Below are positions 40,020 to 53,438 of a DNA stretch of 64,000 nucleotides, piece after piece. The stretch is taken from positions 173,042,001 through 173,106,000 of the forward strand of contig OZ024740.1 in assembly GCA_964016885.1 (NCBI GenBank), in the 5' to 3' direction. The DNA comes from Eledone cirrhosa. Its lineage: Eukaryota. The translations under genes were made by a program, and so were the position numbers. Positions within the stretch are counted from its first letter, which is position 1, and every line of letters begins with the position of its first letter. The notes under the pieces were generated by a model that did not search any database, had not been told where the DNA came from, and saw nothing but the letters and a program-made list of their open reading frames with translations.

Positions 40020-40402
40020 GGTGGATTGGCAGTATCGGTAGAAGATCGGACGCCATGCTTTGCATTAAAAGAGTTACGGTCCTTTATAGTCTGAGTTCAA
40101 ATCCCGCCGAGGTTAAACTTTGCCTTTCATCCTTACGGGGGTCGATAAAATAAAGTACCAGTAATACACTGAGATAATTGCTGGCCTTGTGCCAAAAGTA
40201 GAAACAATTATATATTTTATTTTAAGGGCGGTGGATTGGCAGTATTGGTAGAGAGTCGGACGCCATGCTTTGACGTATAGAGTTACGGCCCTTGCCATTC
40301 TGAGTTCAAATCCCGCCGAGGTTAACTTTGCCTTTCATCCTTACGGGGTCGATAAAATAAAGTACCAGTAATGCACTGGGTAATTGCTGGCCTTGTGCCA
40401 AA
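40020..40402 (+). mobile_element. Two tandem major SINE copies
   Basis: Copies at 40020-40210 and 40226-40402. Confidence 0.9.
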
Positions 40403-40540
40403 ATACCATGATAAGTCCCACCATACCATGAATAAGTTAGCTATGTCGCCTGCAATGCTAACATCAATGGCTGCTCCTTCCTCTTGGGCATATGTTTTTC
40501 CATTAAATTTGAACATATGTTCCTTAAGGGTTAGTTTTAT

Positions 40541-41847
40541 CCTTAAGGAACATATGTTCAAATTTAATGGAAAAAAAATATGCCCAAGAGGAAGGAGCAG
40601 CCATTGGTGTTAGCATTGCAGGCGACATAGCTAACTTATTCATGGTATGGTGGGACGGGTAGGCTTAAACTTAAAGAACAATTAGAAGACCCCTTAACCC
40701 TGATAATGTACTCCCGCTACGTTGATGATATAAACATCGTAGTTAAGACACCCCCACTAGAGAACAGTCAGGAACTAGAGAAAAACACAATGGAAAGCAT
40801 CCAGCAAATAGCTAACTCCATCCACCAGAGTATTAGAGTTACTATAGACTACCCAAGTAAACACCCCAACCATCGATTACCTGTACTAGACACAGAGCTC
40901 TGGTTAGATACCATTAATAGCAAAAAACAAATCCTCCATTCCCATTATGCCAAACCCATGACTTCCAAACATCTCATCCACCGAAACTCGGCTGTTTCGG
41001 ACCATACCAAAATCAACATACTGATTGCGGATTTGGTACGGGTGATGAGAAACGTGTCCCGCATGTGCAACCCCGAAGAACTAGAGAGACACATACAACA
41101 CTTCATCCACCGTATGAAGTTCTCTGGTTACAATCAGAGAGATAAAATCAGAGTGTATAGAGGAGCCAGAACCAAATGGGAAAAATGGTAAATAATGACA
41201 CAAATGGGACCTGCCCCTTGTATAGGAGCAAATTTTGGAATAGAATAGAAAGAACTAGGAATAAGACTAATAGAATAAACTCATGGTATGATAGCAATAA
41301 ATACCAGAGTGTAATGTTCATCGATACAACCCCTAGAGGTGAATTAGCTTACAAATTTAGAAGGGCCCTAGATAAACATAAACTCAATATTAAGATAGTA
41401 GAAAGACCAGGTACCTCCGTAAAAACACTTATTAGCAAGATATACCCTTTTCAAAGACCCCCCTGTATAGATAAGAAATGTATAACCTGTAAAATAAGCC
41501 CCCATATTAACTGTAAAACTATAAATGTAGTGTATAGCATAAGATGTACTGAAGGACAATGTAGAGACAAAAATATAGTGTACATAGGCGAGACAGCTCG
41601 TAGTGTAGGGGAACGGATAAATGAACACTGGCGAGACCTTCAAGATAGTAAAGAATCATCTGTACTCTACCAACATGCTAAAATAGAACATAAGGGTAAA
41701 TTAGAGAACATAGAAATAAAAATAGAATCTACACACAGAAAAGACGCAATGTTTAGACAAATTACAGAGGCAATAAACATAAAAGAATTACAACCAAAAT
41801 TAAATAGAAAATATGAGTGGAACAGCAACATCACAACTTACAATTAA
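40541..41847 (+). pseudogene. PLE reverse transcriptase-endonuclease ORF broken by frameshifts
   Basis: ORFs 40706-41191 and 41176-41847 are consecutive pieces of one RT-thumb-GIY-YIG protein. Confidence 0.88.
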
Positions 41848-42054
41848 GGACAAAATGAAAACACACACGCACATAGAACAAACAACCAACCGGTAACATG
41901 TAAATAAACAAATAAATAAACGAATATAAACACACACAGACACCCGGATGTGGCGCATACGCAGACTGAGCACACAACACACACACAGAAACAAAATGGC
42001 GTAGGACAGAACAAAGGAGAGACACAAAAACAAAAACAAAGAAAAGAATCCCCA

Positions 42055-42097
42055 GTCACTGAAGAGGTCACAGAATGTGTGACGAAAGAACTTTGAC
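42055..42097 (+). ncRNA. Minimal type I hammerhead in the PLE pLTR
   Basis: GTCA-CTGAAGA-g-GTCACA gaatg TGTGAC-GAAA-G aa C-TT-TGAC, 200 nt after the endonuclease stop codon. Confidence 0.8.
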
Positions 42098-42251
42098 AAT
42101 ATATCAACAACTATCTGGTTGTGGAACCAACCAACCAACCAGAAATTTAATTTATAAATTCCTAAATTTATAAATTTATTATAATAAATTGAAGTGAAAC
42201 AACTGGTGCGTGTGTTTCTTATTGGCAATATCACCCTCCCAAAGTATAACA

Positions 42252-42293
<42 letters not shown>

Positions 42294-43446
42294 TGAGTGT
42301 GAAAACCGAAGCTCATTACTGCTATTTTGATGATGTGTATATTTCACAAGATCTTTTTTTTTATTGGGGAAAGTAAGAAATGTTTAATCTATTCTATAAT
42401 CCATATTTTTACTTTTCAATTTTATGGTCAATTGTATACACAGAAAATGGGAGGACTTTTAAAACGTTTTATTCATTCGATTTAAAAATTAAATAATAGT
42501 ATTTTAGTTATGTGTGGACCCCTTTGTCTCTTCCTGGCAACCAATATTTTTAGACCCAATCCACCAATGCATACATACATACGTACATACATACATACAT
42601 ACATACATACATACATACATACATACATACATACATACACACACATACATATGTGTGTGCGTGTGTGCTACAAAAAATCAAACTACTTTCAGTATCTATT
42701 TAAATCCTCTGACATTTGTTAGTTTCGAATATAGCAGGAGAATGAAATGTTAACTTGACCACGTAATAGGTTATCTCCTTCTATTTAGCGTTTCATTCAT
42801 TCAATCATCTTTTAACTCCAGTTAACTTTCTCTAAACATCCCGCTCTCCCATCCTATATTATATTGCCAACATTTTTGTGAAATCCCAGCACTGCAGTAT
42901 CAGTGAGTCAGCGATTGACACAAACCGGTTAATTGTATTTCGATACCCTGGAATTCACTTCTTTCCCTATTAATGAAATACTATGCAGCTTGATACGTCT
43001 TAAAATCGTTTGCTTCCTTAAAACTGTCGTCGCATTCCTCGTAAATTAATTTTCTCTTTTGTCGACCATCCTTTTTTCAGCATATTTAAGCATTTGGCAA
43101 TATTTAAGCATTATTGTTATTTTTTTTTCCTTTTATACACGCAGAAACCCATATTTATACCGTCATGTAGCACCCTTAATGTTTTCCTTTATGTTTCCCT
43201 TGTGTTTAATAAAGAAATCATCAATGTTATTATTATTGCGCAGCTTTACTGTTTTACCGAGCACATCTCTGTGCGCCTTGGGTATGAGCAATGTAGTTTG
43301 TGCTGATGTTGTTTCTATTGTACTGACAGTACTTTTCGTAATATATGTGCAGTGCCTGGTAGTGCTTTTTTTTTTTTTTTTTGTATGCTGTATATATTTA
43401 GAAGTCCTGGGGTTTGGATTATGTATTTGTCTGTTATTATTATTAT

Positions 43447-43778
43447 GGTGAATTGGCAGTATCGGTAGAGGGTTGGACGCCATGCTTTCTAGCATAGTTA
43501 CGTCCCTTTATAATCTGAGTTCAAATCCTGCTAAGTTTAACTTTGCCTTTCATCCTTACGGGGTCGATAAAATAAAGTACCAGTAATGTACTGAGTAATT
43601 GCTGGCACAAGGCCACCAATTATCCAGTACATTACTGGTACTTTATTTTATCGACCCCGTAAGGATGAAAGGCAAAGTTAACCTCGGCAGAATTTGAACT
43701 CAGATCATAAAGGGACGTAACTCTATGCTTCAAAGCATGGTGTCCGACTCTCTACCGATACTGCCAATCCACCACCCT
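43447..43778. mobile_element. Tail-to-tail fused inverted pair of major SINEs
   Basis: Plus copy 43447-43606 and minus copy 43604-43778, joined at GCTGGCACAAGGCC. Confidence 0.88.
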
Positions 43779-46139
43779 AGCATTTGGTAATAATAATTTC
43801 TTCATTCTGCCAATGATATCCTTTGTTTTCGTTTCCATGTACTCTTTCCTTTTTTCTTCCTATCTCTCTTTCCCTTTCTTTTTATCTATATCCTTCGTTT
43901 TCTCCCTCTCCTTTTTTTTCTCTAATTAATGATTACAGTTTTCTGGGTTTTGGTCCTGTTTGGCAAGTAGCTGTTAAATACTTTTAACTTAAATGTTAAC
44001 ATACATTCACAAATACACATATACACTCATCCTCCACACACTCACACACAAAACACAAGTTATTTATAATCTCCCTTTGGTAAGTAAATTTAAGAGCATT
44101 CCGCTTTTTCCCAGTTCAAAAGCAAAAAGAGATTCACGTTATCGATGTGAGGTAAGACAAATTAATGTTTGACGAGGGAATTTATTACATATACAAAAAT
44201 ATTTTAGATTTACAGTGGATGAAAACGAGAATTAGTGACGTAAGTGAAGTGGTCAAAATGTGAGAACTGGTTGGCGTATTCTTTTTTATGAATGAAGTGA
44301 ATTACGTGAATGTCCCAAAGAAAGTCAGAAAAATATGTTGCAAGTGTACCATAGATATTTTTCAAATTTTTTCTGCTGCCGCTTTTTTTAATGCTAGTGT
44401 TGTTATTGCGGTAGTGTTTGTGATGTTGGCTATTGGAGGTATGTAGTTTTATCTCTCCTGAGGGCAATAGTTCTTCTGATGTCCAGTATTATCTCATGTG
44501 TAGTAGTTTGGGCTTCATGTCTCCACCTCAAACCTCATTTGATGTTTACTGGATAGGTGAATGCAATCGAAGACTATTAAGTGCCTTATATGGGTGAGTA
44601 GCATGTATAATTCCAGCCGAGCCAAGGAGAGTATTTGTCGGGATCTCGATGAACTTCTCGTGTTTTTTTTTTGTTTTGTTTTTTTCACTTTAGAGTAATT
44701 CTAGGGAAAATCCCACACGAAACCCCGTATTATTTTGTTACCTCACGGGAATTGAAAGTGCCCTCTTCCTGTTTCTTTCCTCCTGCTTAGAAAATCTTAA
44801 TCAGTATCAAGACATTTATCCTAGTGTATCTTGCTGCTCTCACCCATCTTCTAAAAACGGGCTTAGCCGGAGAGAAAATTCATGCCCTGAAATCTTTTAG
44901 ATATGTCCACCAAACAGCTTCCTTTGCCACAGCTACCAAGCAGAGGAAAACTTGTCGCACCTACCTTCTAAAAGAAGGTGGTAGTTCAATTTTCAATATA
45001 GACTCTGTTGACGACCGGATCTGTCCTACATGTTATAAAAGTTGTTTGACACAAGCCCACAAGTCTGCATTACACGCAACAGTAGCAACAACAACAACAA
45101 CAACAACAACGACCATGGTGATTTATCTATTTCCCACCCAGAGCCCATTCATAATTATAATAGAAAGCAAACTAAATATAGGAACTACAAACTGATGACA
45201 ATGGGCAAAACAAAGTTATATAAATATGCGGGAGAAATATGAAAAGTTATACTATAAATAATTTCTAAATTCAAATTAACAGAATGCATTTACAATAGTG
45301 TAAAAACACAATCATTTTAAAAAAAGGATTAAAAACGTTAAAAAATCATTTAGGGTGACTCATTCGCCCATGAACGAAATCCCACCAAGTCAGGATACCT
45401 CTCAATTTTTCCCGGCTGTTATTTATTATATAGGAAAGAACTACACTTAAATTCCCTTAAAATCTTTTGGAGTTAAACTGAGTCTTCAACTGAGTCTGCA
45501 TTATTTGGGGAAGCATCTTTTAAACGTTTGTAGATCACTTTCTTTATTAAAAGGCTTTATCTCATATGTTCTCCTGGTATTCGCACCCTACTACACACTC
45601 AATCACTATATATGATGGGCTATTTTTCCACTGGATCGAGCATTAAATTAAGAAGTTTATTGTTGCTCTCTCGGATCACTGTGAAGTTAAGCAACTGTGT
45701 AAAAGTAGATTCCTTATTCAGCACCCTAAACGCTTTCTGCTTGAGCCCACCTTTCATCTTATTTCCATTTTTTGTTTTGTTTTTTTGTTCCTTCTGCAAT
45801 GATCTCCCACTTCTAACCAGTCTTCACTTGCACTCCCGTCGTCACAAGAGTATGGGGTGGAGATTTGGTCTCATCAGCCTTTGGAAAAGAGGAGGAAGCA
45901 ATCTCCGCCAGCATTTCCAGACTCAGAACCTATCGTCATTGCTGGTTCTGCTGTTGTTTCTTCCTCTGCATTTCTAACTCCTCGGATCAGAAATCTGTTA
46001 TTGCCACAAGTTAAACACTTGGATTTTCTGAACCACACTTCTAGATTCTTTGTTATCGTTTCAAAACGCACGACGAGGAACAGCTCCGGAGTAGCTCCGT
46101 GGTTTTCGAGACATTAGGACTTGTAAGTCCAGCTCACGT

Positions 46140-46410
46140 GTCATTTTTCAAGACCTTTGCACTCATAAGAGAACAGAGAGTCAGAGCCAATGTCACAACC
46201 AGAACTACCGACGGCTACACATATATTACGCTGAAATATATATTGCGGAATGAGTATATGTACAGTTTTTCTGACAGTTTTACTATTGTCACTTCGTTTT
46301 GCTTTCATACTTACAGAGTAGTCAGACATTTCCTTGACTTTATCGATACGCAGCACATTACTCCATATACTGATCAGGGCATCCTTCAGTTGCTCTTTTG
46401 AGGACATACT
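46140..46410 (-). pseudogene. Possible Tc1 transposase C-terminal relic
   Basis: SSKEQLKDALISIWSNV...SMKAKR resembles Tc1 ELK.AI...W...SM..R. Confidence 0.35.
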
Positions 46411-47074
46411 GAAAATTATTCAGCTTTTCGCGTCACAGGAGTATAGTATGTCCCGTTTTTTCCTTGTCCGACAATGAAACACACTCCCCTTGTGACACAG
46501 CACTTCCACACCTTGATCTCTAGAATTATTAGCTTCACAACCAAGCATGTTTGTTACTAATAATGTTAGAAATGCTTCTATTGCTACTAAAGGTATTTAC
46601 AAGATTTTCGTTTGGCAAAACGCATGTATGAATGTCGTTAAACAATAACTACTATTATTCATTTTCAATAAAAATGATGTTAATTCTTCTAAACACTTAA
46701 AATGTTTGTCTTGTGCTATATTCGTCTTAATTTTTTTCTGCTTGTTTTGTGATGGGTTGTCTTCATTTTTATTTTTGTTCTTGAAAGGAGAGTTGGCGCT
46801 ATCGCTCATAATCACTATATATAAGTAGGCATATTAGAAAACGATGTCTGAAAGCAATTTTTATTTTCGACTGAACTCTGTATGAGCCGACTTTTAAATG
46901 CTTCGAAGATTCTCTGTGTGAGGATAGATTTTTTTTTAAATATTATTAGCTGTTTAGGAAAAATACAGGTTTTAAAAGGTAATTTGTTAACTCCTCTGAA
47001 CAGGTCATCCTGCTCCTCCTCCTCCTCCTCATAATCATCATTGTTATTATTATTATTATTATTATTATTGAGAT

Positions 47075-47293
47075 GGGCGGTGGGTTGACAGTATCGATAG
47101 AGGGTCGGACGCCATGCTTTGGGGCATAATAAAGTTACGGTCCTTTATGATCTGAGTTCAAATCCTGCCGAGGTTAAATTTGCCTTTCTTCCTTACGGGG
47201 TCGATAAAATAAAGTACCAGTAACGTACTGGGGTCGATTTAATTGACTTTCCCCTCCCACCAAATTACTGGCCTAGTGTTATACTAGAAATCA
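47075..47293 (+). mobile_element. Major SINE (long form)
   Basis: Consensus match. Confidence 0.88.
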
Positions 47294-47304
47294 TTACTAT
47301 TATT

Positions 47305-47640
47305 GAGATGATCGGCACCGCTCTCAGGGAGTACGAAGTGGTAACAGGAGAGAAAATTAACCAGGAAAAGTGAGTCTGCAGCTCGGTACCTGAAGATGCA
47401 GGTCCAAGCCACCCAACAGCGTCGTTGGGCGCCGGATTGACGGACCGGATAAATTTCCCGGAGTCTGGTTTAGTCTAGACCTCCAAATCTGGGACGAGGT
47501 AACGAGCGCTGTAGCCACTCACACCCAGAAATAGACTGAGAGGAAGCTATCCCTAAAAGGTCGGGCAGAGGTGGTGAGCGCGTACATTGCTCTCATCTAT
47601 TACTATCTAAACGTAGTGCTTTGTCCTGGTCTTCGTATCA
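47305..47640 (+). mobile_element. L1/Tx1-type LINE ORF2 relic
   Basis: Translations LREYEVVTGEKINQEK, GVWF and RKLSLKGRAEVV match the Tx1/L1 post-RT region. Confidence 0.75.
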
Positions 47641-47759
47641 TTGCAGTTGGATTTTCTTTGCTCACGGTATGAAGAAGAGACTGACTAATACTTAGTTACA
47701 ATTTCAAGGAAATCGGTCTGACGTAGCGCCTCAAAAAAACCCTAAAATGCTTAAAAAAC

Positions 47760-47911
47760 GCAATTTTTCTCCTAATGCGGGCCCTAGGAGATCAAAATGT
47801 TGAATTTTTTATATGCATAATACTTCCTGAAACATAAGTAATACACATGTAAAGTTTGAAAGAATCGGTTGGGTACTTCTCGAGTTTTAGGGATTCAAAC
47901 TCACAGACACA

Positions 47912-47974
<63 letters not shown>

Positions 47975-48277
47975 CCTCAGAGAAGTGACGTAATGCAGAC
48001 AGGCAGACATACAGACAGATATTATAAGGGCGCGACGTTATATGTATGCATCTATCTAAAAAGAGAAAGACTAAGAATTATAGAGAGAGATCGCTAAATC
48101 GCCTAATGCGGTCCCTAGGGCATTTAAAATTTGAAATTTGATTTGCTCAGAACACTCCCTGAAACATAAGTATTACATATGTAAAGTTTGAAAACAGTCG
48201 GTTGGGTGTTTCTCGAGTTTTAGGGATTCAAACTCACACACACACATACAGACATCCTCAGTTTTATATATATAGAC
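47760..48277 (-). mobile_element. Helitron-like non-autonomous 5' region, duplicated
   Basis: Two about 170-bp direct copies (47770 and 48100); the reverse complement starts TCTATATATATAAAACTGAGGATGTCTGT, like 33884. Confidence 0.6.
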
Positions 48278-49812
48278 TAGCAGAAAACCACCCACCGGGT
48301 GGTTTTCTGCTAGTATATATATATATTACACACACAGAAATGTATATATATTTCTGTGTGTATATATATATTACACACACAGAAATGTATATATATTTCT
48401 GTGTGTATATATATATATATATTACACACACAGAAATGTATATATATTTCTGTGTGTATATATATATATATTACACACAGAAATGTATATATGTTTCTGT
48501 AGCACTCCTCAATTCCCCCCCCCCCCTCCCTTCCGCTATCCCCCTCTTGTAGTCTGTCTCTTTCTTTCACTCTCACTCTCTATCTACGCGTGCGCAAAAA
48601 ACATTCGCACGCGCGCACGTGTTTTAGTGTCTATTCCCTCTCTCTCTCTCTCTCTCCCACTATCCCCCTCTCGTAGTCTGTCTCTTTCTTTCACTCTCAC
48701 TCTCTCTCTACGCGTGCGCAAAAAACATTCGCACGCACGCACGTGTTTCCACTGTCGGACAGACAGACAGAGAAATTACTGGTTATATATTATAAGGAGA
48801 TTACATATACATATGTAACTATGTATATTATCATCATCATCCCCATTATATATATATATATATAATATGGGCCGAAGCCGAAAAAAATTTTGTTTGGCAG
48901 CTCTAATTGCGCCTTAATTTTATTCAAAAAATTGTATACTAACATATTCGAATACCAGACACTATTGGAATCAACAATAGCAGCGTCCTGAGGGTCATTA
49001 CAAAACACAAATTCGCGAGAATTAGAGTTTAAGTCTTGGAAGGTGGTAAAAAAAATCCACAAAATCTTCCATTCTTTTTTTAAAAAAATTTATTTTTAAT
49101 AATATTTAAATAACTGGCAGTTAGAAAAAAATATTCCTATGAAATTTTAATCATACCATTAGGTGTGAATAAGGAAATATTTTTTTATTGTCAAAACAAA
49201 TGTTCAAAAGTTAAACTTCAATTTTTTTAATTATTTCCAATTTTTTCATGAAATTGAACACTGGACGTTGGCTGCTGGAAATGGAAATTAAATCGTATTT
49301 AATTTATTTAAATTTCTAACCTTATTTTATTATTTATATTTTTTCAATAAGAAATAAAAAAAAACAACAAAAAAAAATGAAGAAAAAAATTGAACAAATC
49401 AAACGTAGGTTATGGAACTGCGCAATCTGATTAATAAATTACCTCATCAGCAGCAACCTTCTTCAAATGGTCCTTATTATCAGCAGCAACAACCACAAAT
49501 TCAATGGCAACCTTCTTCAAACCACATGGTGTCAAGTCAGAACCGCCTCGAACTGGTTACTTCTGGCTTGTGCAAGGTGTCTCTATAGCAACCAGCGATT
49601 CCCTCGGCCTCAGTGACCAAAGTCAGTGGAGAGGGGAAGGTAATGTTTCTATAGCACGTGTTTTAGAGTCTATTCACTCTCTCTCTCCCTCTCTCCCTCC
49701 CGCTATCCCCCTCTCGTAGTCTGTCTCTTTCTTTCACTCTCACTCTCTCTCTACGCACGTGTTTCCACTGTCGGACAGACAGAGAAATTGCTGGTTATAT
49801 GTATAAGTAGAT
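48278..49812 (-). mobile_element. Helitron-like composite with internal duplications
   Basis: CTAG-ended palindrome at 48278-48314; repeated CGCTATCCCCCTCT..TCTACGC modules at 48535, 48660 and 49700; two similar 5'-like ends at about 48800 and 49812. Confidence 0.45.
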
Positions 49813-49814
49813 TA

Positions 49815-50520
49815 TCAAAGTTGTCTTTCCAACTTCGATCTTCTTGTACTACTCAATCATTTGAGTGCTTCCCTGGCTTTAAATGAACGTTTTAAGATCT
49901 TTTCAACCAAAATCCTTGGATCCGATCTGGTCCAGGAGATTTCCAGTTTGTCATTTTTCTAACTTGCTCTTGAACACCTTCCTTTGAAATTCTTTCCCGT
50001 CTCTCTTTTGGTTCATTAGATAACATGCTTAACTTCATTGGTCCATCTCGCATCTCTCTTATGCTCCTTTGAAATTCCCCATAGATTTGACCAAAATTGT
50101 GTGTATTCTTCAGCATTAGCTGCAACTTCTGAAACATTTCCCCCATAACAGTGTACTAAAGAATATTTTCTGATTTGCAGAGAACAATCTGTTCTGTTCG
50201 TATTGTTTTTGTCTATTTGTATATCGCCTAACACGATTAGATTTTGCCTTAATTCGCTGTTTCACTTCTTCCATCATTACATTCAAACCTTTTAATGCGT
50301 CATTTCTTCTTTACTTTGGCCTTTTTCCATTTTCCTCTATGTCAAGCATCCATTTTACCTAGATCTTTTCTCAGCTGAGTTATATCACCTTCCAATCTTA
50401 TCTTCCACCAGGCTTCCTCACATTTCTTCCTTTCTGTTTGCTTAATATCAAATCGTTCGCCCACCAGAAACTCTGCAACGCTTATTAACCTTCTGAAGCC
50501 GATTAGTTTTTATATACATC
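49815..50520 (-). mobile_element. R4/Dong-like non-LTR relic (pre-RT region)
   Basis: QFWSNLW and ISKEGVQEQVRKMTNWKSPGPDRIQGFWLK. Confidence 0.8.
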
Positions 50521-50867
50521 ATTGCATGGTTTACTTATCTGGTTCGCTTTCTAAACGACTTCTCTCTATATTCCGGAGATTCAGCAGTATCTTACTGAAT
50601 CCAGGATCATTAAACATATCTCTCAGTCTTTTGATAATTAATCTTATCTTCCTTTTCTTCATTTTCATGTGCAATGAAACTTTCAATGTCCCATTTATCA
50701 GTCACCTGAGCCCGTTCCTCGCAGGAAGATATATGTGACCTATGCGGCGTTTTCCTGATCATTTGCAGAAACTGATGAGTGTTTTTGGCCGACCGCGGTC
50801 GATGTAAATGGACAAAACATTGGAATGAATCAGCGTATGTCAATACTAAGTAGCCATTATCATTATT

Positions 50868-51062
50868 TGATTGGCAGAATCGGTAAAGCGTCGGACACAA
50901 TGCCTTTTGGCTTAAAGTTACGGCCCTTTACGTTCTGAGTTCAAACCCTGCCGGCCTTTCATCCTTAAAAAATAATAAAATAAAGTACCAGTAAGCACGG
51001 GTCGAATTAATCGAATTTCCCCTTCTCTTCAAATTGCTGGCCTTGTGCCTATAGTAGAAATC
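50868..51062 (+). mobile_element. Major SINE (diverged long form)
   Basis: A/B boxes, hairpin module, tail. Confidence 0.8.
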
Positions 51063-51159
51063 ATCATCATTATTATTATTATTATTATTGTCATTAAAAT
51101 ACTCCCAAGCCCCAAGAGTACCACTACAAGAATACTGTTTCTAAAACTAAGACCAACAT

Positions 51160-51195
<36 letters not shown>

Positions 51196-51642
51196 AGATT
51201 ACAACAAATTCGACCATTTTGATTGTAGCCCCGCCACCAGCATCACAACCACAAATAAACTCATCAATACCACCCCACACCACCACTATCCCTATTGTCC
51301 TCCCCAAACAACAACATTAATAACCCCACCACCTTTCCGCCGCCATTGCTGGTGGTCAGCCACCTCCAACTGGCAATTGCAATGACATCACATAAACATC
51401 TCCTATCACTGTCACCATTATCACCACCATCATCAGGGGGGAAAGAACTTACAGTGAGCGAACCCTGAAAGGAGGGAGTCCACGACAAGAGAATAACCGC
51501 GTCTGCCAACAGCAGCTGACGTCACCGGTGCTAATTGGCTAGCTTTGACATACATCCACTATTATTAGGCTAGAATTTGTTTTTTCTTTCTCCCCAAACG
51601 AAATACCGTCTTCTTTCCTCAAATTTAAATTTAGAATTTTAT

Positions 51643-52680
51643 TTACAATTTAATTAATATATCATGTAAATACAATTTAATTAATATATCATGTAAATAC
51701 AATTTAATTAATATATCATGTAAATACAATTTAATTAATATATCATGTAAATACAATTTAATTAATATATCATGTAAATACAATTTAATTAATATATCAT
51801 GTAAATACAATTTAATTAATATATCATGTAAATACAATTTAATTAATATATCATGTAAATACAATTTAATTAATATATCATGTAAATACAATTTAATTAA
51901 TATATCATGTAAATACAATTTAATTAATATATCATGTAAATACAATTTAATTAATATATCATGTAAATACAATTTAATTAATATATCATGTAAATACAAT
52001 TTAATTAATATATCATGTAAATACAATTTAATTAATATATCATGTAAATACAATTTAATTAATATATCATGTAAATACAATTTAATTAATATATCATGTA
52101 AATACAATTTAATTAATATATCATGTAAATACAATTTAATTAATATATCATGTAAATACAATTTAATTAATATATCATGTAAATACAATTTAATTAATAT
52201 ATCATGTAAATACAATTTAATTAATATATCATGTAAATACAATTTAATTAATATATCATGTAAATACAATTTAATTAATATATCATGTAAATACAATTTA
52301 ATTAATATATCATGTAAATACAATTTAATTAATATATCATGTAAATACAATTTAATTAATATATCATGTAAATACAATTTAATTAATATATCATGTAAAT
52401 ACAATTTAATTAATATATCATGTAAATACAATTTAATTAATATATCATGTAAATATAATTTAATTAATATATCATGTAAATACAATTTAATTAATATATC
52501 ATGTAAATACAATTTAATTAATATATCATGTAAATACAATTTAATTAATATATCATGTAAATACAATTTAATTAATATATCATGTAAATACAATTTAATT
52601 AATATGTCATGTAAATACAATTTAATTAATATATCATGTAAATACAATTTAATTAATATATCATGTAAATACAATTTAAT
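51643..52680. repeat. 27-bp tandem minisatellite, about 38 copies (TACAATTTAATTAATATATCATGTAAA)
   Basis: Nearly invariant units; I saw two variant units near 52456 and 52606. Confidence 0.97.
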
Positions 52681-52960
52681 AGAAAAAGAGAAGAAAATAG
52701 AGTGAGAAGAAAGAATGGAATGTAAAATAAGAAAATATTTTCTTTTAAATAACGGAAAAGGAAGGGAAAGGCAAGGGAAGGGCTCTAGTGTCACGGAAGA
52801 ATGGTGAGGGGAGGAGTGGGGGTGATTGGGGTCTGGGCCTAGGGCGCGGTGGTAATGGTGCTGCGCCCCGCGGACAGGACCGCAAAAGCATTCCCTCGGA
52901 CACCCGCTGCAACAGCCACCCCACCTCTCAGGGCTCCTTCTAGACAAGGGTTCAGTCATG
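52680..52960 (-). mobile_element. Retroelement 3' end whose terminus continues into the 27-bp array
   Basis: Homologous to 31900-32165; its end ...TTTCTATTAAATTGT is the start of the repeat unit. Confidence 0.75.
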
Positions 52961-53390
52961 AGAGGATTTTGTCGAGCGTAGTGACTCCAGTACTTACCTT
53001 TTCAAGCCTGGTATTTACTTTATCGATCTCTTTTTGTGGAACCGCTGAGTTACGGGACATAAGCAAACGGTAAACGTAAACACAGGCGCGGACACACACA
53101 CACACACACACACTGACACAGACATACAGACTCACACACACTGACACAGACATACAGACTCACACACACACACACACACACTGACACAGGCATACAGACT
53201 CACATATTAATCTATTTTCTCTTTCTCTGTTTCCTAATTACTAACTCACTTTCGTTTCTCTCCTGATGAAGTATTAACGTCCGATACTTTGGAAACATTT
53301 CTTCTTCCATTACACACAATTCTTAACCTAATAACTTGCTTGTAAATTGCTTTCTGTCTTTGTTTTCACTCGTTTTCATTGTTAACCTGG

Positions 53391-53435
<45 letters not shown>

Positions 53436-53438
<3 letters not shown>

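Larger units (their letters stand above)
40415..42255 (+). mobile_element. 5'-truncated Penelope-like element (Neptune-like) with 5' inverted duplication, RT, GIY-YIG, hammerhead and (TA)n end
   Basis: FKFNGK.Y.QEEGAAIGVSIAGDIANLFM and YSRYVDD (PLE RT); Cys-rich linker, VVYSIRC..YIGETARSVGERINEH; frameshifted; IR 40415-40529 / 40541-40656. Confidence 0.9.

Noticed and set aside
50768-50845. CTGATGA..GGAC-AAAACAT..ATGTC possible decayed hammerhead
   Set aside because: G12 is missing, stem II is mismatched and stem I does not pair; too degenerate to call.
51643-52959. 438-aa ORF with IKLYLHDIL repeats
   Set aside because: Stop-free frame of a 27-bp satellite; not a credible protein.
53258-53305. 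CTGATGA-AGTAT..ATACT-ttg-GAAAC
   Set aside because: May be a decayed HHR, but the cleavage triplet and 3' strand of stem I are absent.
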